The position numbers and the translations under genes are program-made. The notes under the pieces are model-generated. The model was not told where the DNA came from. It made no database searches and worked only from the letters and a program-made list of their open reading frames with translations. From positions 369,668-433,667 of the forward strand of contig CAWFQA010000004.1 of NCBI GenBank assembly GCA_963817855.1: DNA of 64,000 bases, written 5' to 3'. Below are positions 18,758-27,069 of this stretch, piece by piece; the stretch's first letter is position 1; every line of letters begins with the position of its first letter. Source of the DNA: an uncultured Acidobacteriota bacterium (GTDB lineage Bacteria; Acidobacteriota; Terriglobia; Terriglobales; Acidobacteriaceae).

Positions 18758-21370
18758 CTATTTTTCTTCGAGTGCAGGGTATTGCTCGACCCTTTGCAGC
18801 AATTCCAGCTTTTTTCGTGGCAGCAGAAAACTGGCTTCAATTGAATTTCCTGCCAATTCGCGAAGGTGCTCCAGGGTCAGGTGAAACTCGGTGTGCGCCA
18901 GACAATATTCTGCACAAATATCATTGCCAAATAGCGCCGGATCGTCCGAATTCAGCGTCACCATCAATCCATTCTCAAAATACTCGCGCACCGGATGATC
19001 CGCCAGACGCAAGCAAGATCCCGTGCGCAGATTGCTGGTGATGCATATCTCAACTGGCACCTGCCTGGTGGCCAAAACCTCAATCAGTTCGTGGTCGTGG
19101 ATGGCCGAAAGGGCATGGCCGATCCGTTCCGCGCCGATATTCAGGGCCGACCAGATTCCCTCCGCGCCAACAGTTTCTCCCGCGTGCGCGGTGAGATGCA
19201 GGCCATTCTTTTTCGCCTCGGCGTAGAGTTCTCGAAATGGCTCGGCACCGGTACGGCGTTCGTCTCCGCCAATGCCAATGCCGATGATGGACGGATGCAA
19301 CGGCTTCAATTCCGCAGCTTTGTGGAACACGTGTGCCGCCTCTTCAGGGCCGAAGTGGCGTACGGCGTCGAAGATCCACAATACAGAGACACCAAATTCC
19401 TTCTCACCGCGAATTCGGCCACGCTCCATGCCTTCAAACAAGGGCTCAAATTCAATGTGCCGCCAGTAGTACACGACGCCGACCGAGACATACACCTCCG
19501 CGTGTACCACTCCCTGTCCGGCCAGAGCTTCCATCATTCGATACGTAATCAGCTCGTAATCGTCCGGGGTGCGCAGGCGTTCCGTAATTGCCTTAAAGGC
19601 CAGCATGAAGCCGGTAAAGTCTTTGTACTGATAGAGGGCTCGAGCGGCGTCCAGGGTCAGCGGCTCGCTGTCATTGTACCGGCTCAATTCCACCAGTGTT
19701 TCTGGCGCGATGGTGCCTTCCAGGTGTAGGTGCAGCTCCGCCTTGGGCAGATGGCGAACCCAGGATTGTGTATCGAGTTCCCGGACGAATTTAGCCTTGG
19801 CTGACATCAGGAGTTGAGTCGCTTGTTCGAAGAAAATTCGCTGCGATGGCGGCTGTAAAAAAAGTAGATCACGCAGCCCGATCATCAGCCAGATAAAAAA
19901 GCTGACCCAGGTGAGCATAGGCAGCCCCAGCATCAGGAGCAGGCAAAAGAACACGCTCAGCAGCGGGATGACGGATCCGCCGGGGCACCGGAAGGCGCGG
20001 CGGCGGTCTGGTTCCTTGTAGCGCAAAATGATGACTCCCGCGGAGACCAATACGAAGGCGAACAACGTACCAATGTTGGAAAGATTAGCGAAAGTTCCAA
20101 TGTCCAGCAGCCCGGCGGGCAAGCCGACAAACAAGCCGGCAATCCAGGTGGCGGCGGCGGGGGTTCGAAATCTCGGATGCACGCGACTGAACAGCGAAGG
20201 CAACAGGCCGTCACGCGACATGGCGAACCACACGCGCGCCTGGCCAATCTGGAAGACCAGGATAGAGGAAATCATCCCCAGCAGTGCGCCAAACAAGACC
20301 ACCAACTCCACCCAATGCAGAGTCTCGCTGTGATTCTGCAGATACAACCGGCGCAGGGTATTCACCACCGGGGCTGCATCCTCCGTCAGCAATTGCCAAT
20401 TGACCAGACCCGTCAGAACGAGAGCAACGCCGACGTAAAGAATTGTTGCGACGATTAAAGTCGCGATGATGCCAATGGGAACATCGCGCTGCGGGTTCTT
20501 GCATTCCTCCGCCGCGGTGGAAACCGAGTCGAAGCCGATATAGGTAAAGAAAATGATGGAGCCACCGGTCAAAACGCCCGCCCATCCATTGGGATAGAAG
20601 GGATGCCAGTTCGAGGTGTGGATGAACTGGGCGCCAAAAATGACAAACAATAGCACGGCGCCGATTTTGAGCAGCACCATGATGTTGTTGGTTTCGGCCG
20701 ACTCGCGGATGCCGCGGACGAGCAGCACCGTCAACAACATCACGATCAGGAATGCGGGGACGTTGAAACCGAAATGCCAGCCGGGGGAATAGAGGACATG
20801 ACCGCTCAGATCCTGCAGACCGCTGGGAAGGAAAGCCGGAGAAATCCAGCGCAGGGCCGGGTGGATACCGAACCAGTCCATCAAGGCGACTACGTGGGCG
20901 GCGAAACCCACGCTGACCGCCATGTTGGAGAAAGCATATTCCAGGATCAGATCCCATCCGATGACCCAGGCCACCAGCTCCCCCATGGTCACGTAAGTAT
21001 AGGTGTAGGCGCTGCCGGCAATGGGGATCATGGAGGCCAGCTCGGCGTAACACAGGCCAGTAAAACCGCAGACGATGGCCACCAGCATCAGGGAAACGGC
21101 CAACGCAGGGCCCGCGCCGGGGCGTCCTAGCATTGCCGTGTGATGCATCAGGTAATCGAGGACCGGCGTGTTCAGAATGGAGGAAGTATCGAAACTTTGG
21201 CCAGCGATTGCCGTGCCGATGACCGTAAAAATGCCGGAGCCGATCACGGCGCCGATACCCAGCGCGGTTAACGACAACGGGCCCAGAGTCTTGCGCAGAC
21301 TATGGGCCGGATCCTCAGATTCGCGGATCAGCTTGTCGATGGATTTTGTGGCGAAGATCTGTTTTGACAG
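18758..21370 (-). CDS. APC/CAT-family amino-acid permease joined in frame to adenosine deaminase (join created by a one-base frame change near 19873)
   Basis: The N-terminal approximately 500 aa is a 12-TM permease (LTALGIGAVIGSGIF...). The C-terminal 349 aa is adenosine deaminase (ELHLHLEG, TAHAGE, NSDDPALFG) and retains its own ATG at 19807. The alternative frame from about 19872 encodes the canonical permease tail VIYFFYSRHRSEFSSNKRLNS, ending in a TGA that overlaps that ATG. The probable start is the CTG at 21370, with AGGAG 7 nt upstream; the ORF track starts at the TTG at 21277. Confidence 0.75.
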   Translation of the reverse strand: MSKQIFATKSIDKLIRESEDPAHSLRKTLGPLSLTALGIGAVIGSGIFTVIGTAIAGQSFDTSSILNTPVLDYLMHHTAMLGRPGAGPALAVSLMLVAIVCGFTGLCYAELASMIPIAGSAYTYTYVTMGELVAWVIGWDLILEYAFSNMAVSVGFAAHVVALMDWFGIHPALRWISPAFLPSGLQDLSGHVLYSPGWHFGFNVPAFLIVMLLTVLLVRGIRESAETNNIMVLLKIGAVLLFVIFGAQFIHTSNWHPFYPNGWAGVLTGGSIIFFTYIGFDSVSTAAEECKNPQRDVPIGIIATLIVATILYVGVALVLTGLVNWQLLTEDAAPVVNTLRRLYLQNHSETLHWVELVVLFGALLGMISSILVFQIGQARVWFAMSRDGLLPSLFSRVHPRFRTPAAATWIAGLFVGLPAGLLDIGTFANLSNIGTLFAFVLVSAGVIILRYKEPDRRRAFRCPGGSVIPLLSVFFCLLLMLGLPMLTWVSFFIWLMIGLRDLLFLQPPSQRIFFEQATQLLMSAKAKFVRELDTQSWVRHLPKAELHLHLEGTIAPETLVELSRYNDSEPLTLDAARALYQYKDFTGFMLAFKAITERLRTPDDYELITYRMMEALAGQGVVHAEVYVSVGVVYYWRHIEFEPLFEGMERGRIRGEKEFGVSVLWIFDAVRHFGPEEAAHVFHKAAELKPLHPSIIGIGIGGDERRTGAEPFRELYAEAKKNGLHLTAHAGETVGAEGIWSALNIGAERIGHALSAIHDHELIEVLATRQVPVEICITSNLRTGSCLRLADHPVREYFENGLMVTLNSDDPALFGNDICAEYCLAHTEFHLTLEHLRELAGNSIEASFLLPRKKLELLQRVEQYPALEEK

Positions 21371-21469
21371 GGTTCTGCTCCTGAAATTGCATTTCGCTCA
21401 ATCCATCATGGGATCGCCAAGGCCGTAACGCGAATGGCCCCGGACAAGGATTGCAACTCTATCGCTGCT

Positions 21470-21625
21470 TTACCGCTTGGCTGTTCCACGTGCAAGCTTC
21501 TTCAGCTTTTGCTTGTTGGAGCCGCGTGGAACCGTACGCTTTGGCTTGGGAGCAGCCTTTTTCCGGGCTGCGCGCTTCACTTTTTTCCGTTCCGTCGTAT
21601 CGGTGATTGCTTTCGTATTTGCCAT
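21470..21625 (-). CDS. Possible 51-aa Lys/Arg-rich small protein
   Basis: ATG...TAA ORF below the track cutoff: MANTKAITDTTERKKVKRAARKKAAPKPKRTVPRGSNKQKLKKLARGTAKR (20 of 51 residues are K/R). It lies between pcrA and the permease on the same strand. The ribosome-binding site is only weakly purine-rich. Confidence 0.3.
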   Translation of the reverse strand: MANTKAITDTTERKKVKRAARKKAAPKPKRTVPRGSNKQKLKKLARGTAKR

Positions 21626-21693
21626 TGGGTAAGAAATTCTCTCTCTTTAACGCTAGTTGTTGATGCGGATGAAAAATGGAATCGGGAGACGCT

Positions 21694-24390
21694 TCAGACT
21701 CGCTCCAGCTGAGCGAACTTCTCCACAAGTTTTTTAATGCCGAACCGAGAAAATTGTACCGTAATCTTTGCATTTTCCCCGTCACCTTCGCGTTTGAAAA
21801 CAACCCCTTCTCCATATTTCGGATGCCGAACGCGCTGTCCGCTGCGAAAACCAGTTTTGCCTGAAGGATCAGCAACTGGAACTTGCGGGCGTGGAAACTT
21901 CTGACCGCGGGACGCGAAAAACTGTGCGATATTGTCGATCGAACCTCGCGCCGGGCTGCCTGAGGTCTTGCTTTGGCCGCCGGTTGAGCCGCCAGCGAAA
22001 TCCTGCGGGCGCTGGTCTTCGTCTTCATAGCTCCAATGCTGATCGCCGTCATTCTCTCGCGCGGTTCGGTGCGGGTTGGGGCGCGTGCTTTGCGCAGCGT
22101 AGCCTCCCCAGGTATTTGCCGGCACTGGCGCGCTGAGATCCTCAATCAAGTGGCCGGGAATTTCACCTAGGAAGCGCGAAGGCGTGGAAAACTCCGGCGA
22201 ATCGTTACCGTAGCGGCGACGAAAACGCGCGCGCGTCACCAGCAGTGCATCCATGGCGCGAGTCATGCCGACATAGCAAAGGCGGCGCTCCTCTTCCAGG
22301 CCCTCCCCGTCATTGATGGTGCGTGAATGCGGAAACAGGCCCTCTTCCATGCCTGCAAGAAAGACCAGAGGAAACTCAAGCCCTTTGGCCGCGTGGAGCG
22401 TCATCAGCGTAACCCGGGATTCGGGATCGTACTTGTCGGTGTCGCTAACCAGGGCAGCGTGATCGAGGAACTCGGTCAGTGTCTCGCCGCGCTCGTGAGC
22501 ATCCTGTGCGGCATTCACAAGCTCGCGCAGGTTCTCAATGCGGGATTGCGACTCTGGCGTTGCTTCTTCTTCCAGAACCTTGATATAGCCGCTGCGGTCG
22601 ATCAGGAACTTGATCAGCTCCGGCAGCGTGGCAGGATCTCCCGGTTTACGAAACGCATTTTCTTCTGACGGAGAGGTGCTAGCGAGCAGGGATTTGCGTT
22701 CATGGGGTGTGAGCTTCTTCGCATCCTCATTTGGCCGCGTGGTCGCGAAAGGAGAAAATTCCGCCGGATCGAATGCCTCTGCCAATCCTTCATCGCGGGT
22801 GTACTCCGCTTCAGCAAGGTCATCGTCTGTCATTCCAAAGTCAAAGCTGATGGCGTCATCGTCGGAAGCAGCTGCAGTTTCGTCAGGGAGTTCTAAATCG
22901 TCGACAGGGGCGGCAACGTCCAGGCTCAACTTGTCTGCGAAATTTGGAGCCAGCATGGCACGCGCGTCTTCGATGATCCCGCGGAAATTCTGCAATGCCG
23001 AAATGGCCCGCGCCGACACCAGCCGCTGCACAATGGTTTCGCGGATGGCATCCCAGGTGCTGATGCCGGTTTCCAGCGCCAGGCGCTCGATGGTATCGAG
23101 AGTGGTCTTGCCGATGCCGCGTGGGGGCGTATTGATGGATCGCTGCAGGGCAATCGAGTCACTGGGATTCAGCACCAGCTTCAGGTAGCTGAGCATGTCC
23201 TTGATTTCCGCGCGATCGTAAAAGGAGAATCCGCCGACCATGGTGTACTGGATGCCGTACCGTCGCAGCGCTTCTTCTACAAGGCGCGACTGCGAATTGG
23301 TGCGATAGAGCACGGCGATGCGGGGCGGTTCGGCCTCGTTGCCGGTTTGGCGAATATATTTCTGGATGTGATCGGCAATAAAGAGCGCTTCGCCCTCGCC
23401 GTCCAGCGCCTCATAATAGCCCACCTGCGCGCCACCATCACGGGATGTCCACAGCGTTTTTCCTTTGCGCTGCAGGTTGTTCGAAACGACCGCTCCCGCT
23501 GCTTCCAGAATCACCTGGGTGGATCGATAGTTCTGCTCCAGGCGAATGATTTTGGTGCGTGGGAAATCCTTTTCAAAATCGAGAATGTTACGAATGTCGG
23601 CGCCGCGCCAGGAATAGATGCTCTGATCTTCATCGCCGACGACGCAGATATTCTGTTCGTCGCCAGCCAGCATCTTCATCAGTTCATATTGCGGGCGGTT
23701 CGTGTCCTGATATTCATCGATCAGCACGTAGCGGAAGCGGCGATTGTAATAACTGCGGACGGCAGGCACGGCACGCAGCAGGCGAACCGCTTCCAGCAGC
23801 AAATCGTCAAAGTCGAGCGCGTTGGCGCGCTCCAACTCCTTGTTGTAGAGGTCATAGAGATGAGCAATTCGCTCCGACTTTGGGTCAGACGATTGCAAGT
23901 AAATCTCTTGCGGAGCCAGCATGTGGTTCTTCGCCCAGGAAATGCGTGAGAGCACGATGCGCGGAGTGAACTGCTTATCCTCGACGCCTAAGCGCCGCAT
24001 CAGTTGCTTAACCAGGCTTTGCTGCTCGGTTTCGTCGTAAATTACGAAATCTTTGGTTCGCCCCTTTTCGCCGATGCGCAGGGCTTCAATATCGCGGCGC
24101 AGCACTCGCACGCAAAAGGAGTGAAACGTTGCCAGCAAGGGCCGCGCCAGGCTGCGGTGGTCCATCAGTCGTTCGACACGCTCCGACATTTCCTTGGCTG
24201 CCTTGTTGGTGAACGTAACCGCAAGGATGGAATCCGCAGGCACTCCGCGTTCTTCAATCAGATAAGCGATCCGATGCGTGATCACGCGGGTTTTTCCAGA
24301 CCCGGCCCCGGCGAGGATCAACAACGGGCCCTCTACATTTTCAATGGCCGCACGCTGCTGCGGATTCATATGTTCAAGCAATCGGGACAC
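21694..24390 (-). CDS. pcrA: ATP-dependent DNA helicase PcrA/UvrD
   Basis: AGAGSGKT (Walker A), LIDEYQDTN, VGDEDQSIYSWRGA and LHAAKGLEF motifs. C-terminal GQRVRHPKYGEGVVFKREGDGENAKITVQF Tudor-like tail. 898 aa. Confidence 0.95.
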   Translation of the reverse strand: MSRLLEHMNPQQRAAIENVEGPLLILAGAGSGKTRVITHRIAYLIEERGVPADSILAVTFTNKAAKEMSERVERLMDHRSLARPLLATFHSFCVRVLRRDIEALRIGEKGRTKDFVIYDETEQQSLVKQLMRRLGVEDKQFTPRIVLSRISWAKNHMLAPQEIYLQSSDPKSERIAHLYDLYNKELERANALDFDDLLLEAVRLLRAVPAVRSYYNRRFRYVLIDEYQDTNRPQYELMKMLAGDEQNICVVGDEDQSIYSWRGADIRNILDFEKDFPRTKIIRLEQNYRSTQVILEAAGAVVSNNLQRKGKTLWTSRDGGAQVGYYEALDGEGEALFIADHIQKYIRQTGNEAEPPRIAVLYRTNSQSRLVEEALRRYGIQYTMVGGFSFYDRAEIKDMLSYLKLVLNPSDSIALQRSINTPPRGIGKTTLDTIERLALETGISTWDAIRETIVQRLVSARAISALQNFRGIIEDARAMLAPNFADKLSLDVAAPVDDLELPDETAAASDDDAISFDFGMTDDDLAEAEYTRDEGLAEAFDPAEFSPFATTRPNEDAKKLTPHERKSLLASTSPSEENAFRKPGDPATLPELIKFLIDRSGYIKVLEEEATPESQSRIENLRELVNAAQDAHERGETLTEFLDHAALVSDTDKYDPESRVTLMTLHAAKGLEFPLVFLAGMEEGLFPHSRTINDGEGLEEERRLCYVGMTRAMDALLVTRARFRRRYGNDSPEFSTPSRFLGEIPGHLIEDLSAPVPANTWGGYAAQSTRPNPHRTARENDGDQHWSYEDEDQRPQDFAGGSTGGQSKTSGSPARGSIDNIAQFFASRGQKFPRPQVPVADPSGKTGFRSGQRVRHPKYGEGVVFKREGDGENAKITVQFSRFGIKKLVEKFAQLERV

Positions 24391-24500
24391 GAAAGGGAAG
24401 ACTCCTGCGGGTTAGGCGCGCGAATCGCATTCATTCGGTGCGACACCTTCAGTGTATCGCGTGGTGAGGTCGATCCGGGTCGCGATATCCTGATGCTGCA

Positions 24501-25064
24501 ATGTCGAAATCAAAAACAATCTGTGTATATTGCGGGTCCGCAGTCGGGGTGCGCTCTGAGTATCGAAGCATTGCGTCGGAATTGGGTACTGCGATGGCTG
24601 AGGCTCATTTCCGACTTGTTTACGGCGGGGCGCATGTCGGCCTGATGGGTGTCGTCGCCGATGCGGTGCTCGCCGCCGGCGGGGAAGTGATCGGAGTGAT
24701 TCCGCAGCAACTCGCCGACCGTGAGGTGGCGCATCAAGGCTTGACTGAGTTGCGTGTCGTCCGCAGCATGCATGAGCGAAAGCACATGATGGCGGAGCTG
24801 GCGGATGCCTTTGTGGCGATGCCGGGCGGTTATGGCACGCTGGATGAGGTGTGCGAGGTTCTCGGCTGGGCGCAGCTGGCGATTCACGACAAACCCATCA
24901 TCCTGCTGGACACGGCGGAGTATTGGCAGCCTTTATTCGCCATGCTGGATCGCGCAGTGGAGGAGGGTTTTCTCCAGTCGCAACATCGCCGTCATGCAAT
25001 GCGAGCCGAGTGTGTGGAGGATGTCTTCAGATTGTTACAGGCGGAGCGCCCGGTTCTTCGGTGA
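24501..25064 (+). CDS. LOG family (TIGR00730) nucleotide 5'-monophosphate nucleosidase
   Basis: ICVYCGS...LVYGGAHVGLMG...MPGGYGTLDE (PGGxGTxxE motif). Confidence 0.85.
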   Translation: MSKSKTICVYCGSAVGVRSEYRSIASELGTAMAEAHFRLVYGGAHVGLMGVVADAVLAAGGEVIGVIPQQLADREVAHQGLTELRVVRSMHERKHMMAELADAFVAMPGGYGTLDEVCEVLGWAQLAIHDKPIILLDTAEYWQPLFAMLDRAVEEGFLQSQHRRHAMRAECVEDVFRLLQAERPVLR

Positions 25065-25491
25065 AGGTGACGCGGCAAGAATCACAATTGCAGACCGAAC
25101 GCAGGTAATGCCAGGAATAAATGCCGCTGGTATGGCCATCGTTCCAATCGAAGCTGATGGCATACCGTCCGACTGCGTTGACTTTGTTCGGTCGCACTGC
25201 GGGCTTGAAGATCGGCAACGCCGTTTTGGGCTCTGGCTTCTGTTCGCCTGGTGTCCGACCTTCTGCCTCGCGTTCTTCCACGCAAGTGGCGCATGGGCAT
25301 GCGGCACGCAACCATGCGAAGGTCCAGTGGCTGGTGTGGCCATCTTTCCATACAATCTCGACGCCCGTACCCTCCGTCTGGTTGACGCGGACACGCTGGG
25401 GATCAATGGCATCGCGTGACAATTCTTTTTCCTGACCCGTGGCCTTGCGCGCGGCGTCTTCCGGAATGATACGGATGCCCTCGTGGCTCAT
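25027..25491 (-). CDS. DUF971 domain protein
   Basis: Two DUF971-like half-repeats (VEIVWKDGHTSHWTFAWLRAACPCATC and YAISFDWNDGHTSGIYSWHYLRSVCNCDSC). Its 3' end overlaps the convergent LOG gene by 38 nt. Confidence 0.7.
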   Translation of the reverse strand: MSHEGIRIIPEDAARKATGQEKELSRDAIDPQRVRVNQTEGTGVEIVWKDGHTSHWTFAWLRAACPCATCVEEREAEGRTPGEQKPEPKTALPIFKPAVRPNKVNAVGRYAISFDWNDGHTSGIYSWHYLRSVCNCDSCRVTFTEEPGAPPVTI

Positions 25492-25500
25492 ACTTTTGTT

Positions 25501-26214
25501 CTACACCTGATCGCGACGCGCCGTATTGGCACGCCGCCTTTGAAATCCAAGGGCCTGCAATACCAGTGTGATGGCGCCAAATGTTGCCACAGTGGCGACA
25601 AACGGGACGTGCTGTTTTTCCATGGTCTGGAAGGCAATCGTATGCATAAACGCAAACACGAACAGCACATAGTTCCAGCGCTGCAGCTGTTTCCATTCGT
25701 GTGTGCCCAGGCGGCGCAGCGCATAATCGTTGGAGGTGGCGAAGAGAAGAAGCAGAACGATCGTTGCAACCGACCCAGTGTAGTTGGCGAAGCCAAAAAT
25801 ATCGTGCCGCATCGGAAAGGTATGCCCTTCGCTTCGCTGATACACAAAATATAGCCAAGGGCGGCCACGCATGTGCACGCAGAGCCCGATGACGGTGTGA
25901 AGAATGCCCAGGATCCCCGCCCAGATCCCTATGTCGCGCCGAAGGTCGCTCGACACTGGGGTGCGTCGGCCGAGTAGCAGGTTCCATGGTCCAATCCAAA
26001 GCGTAATGACGAGCAAGATTAGTGCCGGATATGCAGTCGAAAAGCTCAACCGCGTGATGACGTCGCGATACGGCCGCGTGATGTATAGGGCAAACACGGC
26101 GAGGGCTGCCACGAGTAGCAGAAACAGGTGATGCGTCCATAGGCGGCGCACGAAACGTCTCGTTTGCGATCGTGCCGTTCGACTTGCAGCAACTTCGGTT
26201 ATTGATCGACTCAC
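25501..26214 (-). CDS. Ferric-reductase-like transmembrane (MsrQ/YedZ-like) protein
   Basis: GTG start sharing 1 nt with the tauE stop. Six hydrophobic helices with conserved-looking His pairs (ILHTVIGLCVH, FAFMHTIAF). Confidence 0.7.
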   Translation of the reverse strand: MSRSITEVAASRTARSQTRRFVRRLWTHHLFLLLVAALAVFALYITRPYRDVITRLSFSTAYPALILLVITLWIGPWNLLLGRRTPVSSDLRRDIGIWAGILGILHTVIGLCVHMRGRPWLYFVYQRSEGHTFPMRHDIFGFANYTGSVATIVLLLLFATSNDYALRRLGTHEWKQLQRWNYVLFVFAFMHTIAFQTMEKQHVPFVATVATFGAITLVLQALGFQRRRANTARRDQV

Positions 26215-26999
26215 TAGTAAAGTTTCCAGAAAAAATACGTTGTTACGATACAGCCCAAGGTGACGACCAGCGCGCGAATGCCGCGAGGTTTATGCTTGCG
26301 TGCCGCCCGTGCAGTAAGATACCCGCCGATGCTACCTGCAATCATCATCGCAGCGCCATAGCGCCACAGAACCGCGCCGTAGAAGATGAACGTGGCGGCC
26401 GCAATGGTGTTGGACGTACTGGTGATGACGGTTTTCAATGCATTGATTTCGTGGACGCTATCGACGCCTGCAAAACTGAGGGTTGCCATAATCAACAGGC
26501 CGGCGCCGGCACCAAAAAAACCGACGTAGAGCGAAATGGCAAAGATCCCGATGGGCAGCAGAATGCGCGCCAGCGGCCGCAATCCGCTTGCGTGGGAATC
26601 ATGCTTCCCCTGAAACACGTGCTGCTGCAATATAGGCCCAACCGAAAAGAGTAAAGTTGCCGTAAGCAGCAGCCAGGGCACCATGCGGAGAAAAGTTTGC
26701 TGGCGCGTTGCAAGCAAGAGGCGCGCTCCCAGCAGGCCGCCTGCAAATGCCGCAATTAACAGCGTTGGCAACATGGTGTGGTAGCGCCGCAACTCGCGTC
26801 GATACGCTGCGGCCGAGGTGATTTGCCCAGGCAGCAAGGCTACTGTGTTGGTTGCGTTGGCATGTACCGGAAGCACGCCAACTTGCAGCAGGGCAGGGAA
26901 TGACAGCAAGGACCCGCCACCGGCAATCGCATTGATTCCCCCTGCAACAAAGGCAGCGAAACAGAGCCATGTGAGATGGAGCAGGGAGAAAGACGGCAT
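26214..26999 (-). CDS. TauE/SafE family anion (sulfite) exporter
   Basis: FVAGGINAIAGGGSLLSFPALL...ANATNTV near the N-terminus, repeated in the second half (FFGAGAGLLIMATL). About 8 TM helices. Confidence 0.85.
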   Translation of the reverse strand: MPSFSLLHLTWLCFAAFVAGGINAIAGGGSLLSFPALLQVGVLPVHANATNTVALLPGQITSAAAYRRELRRYHTMLPTLLIAAFAGGLLGARLLLATRQQTFLRMVPWLLLTATLLFSVGPILQQHVFQGKHDSHASGLRPLARILLPIGIFAISLYVGFFGAGAGLLIMATLSFAGVDSVHEINALKTVITSTSNTIAAATFIFYGAVLWRYGAAMMIAGSIGGYLTARAARKHKPRGIRALVVTLGCIVTTYFFWKLY

Positions 27000-27069
27000 T
27001 AATTGAGATTGTAGCGTGATGCGATTTGGCGCGACTCTGAGGCGATGCGTGCATCAACCCGCAGGCCGT

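Noticed and set aside
20211-21053. 280-aa minus-strand ORF in an alternative frame of the permease
   Set aside because: The Arg/Gly/His-rich product is not membrane-like. The permease frame gives a coherent 12-TM protein across the same nucleotides.
21459-22145. 228-aa minus-strand ORF overlapping the pcrA 3' end
   Set aside because: It is out of frame with the well-supported PcrA C-terminal Tudor-like region. Only its final part is intergenic, and there a different frame holds the more plausible 51-codon basic ORF.
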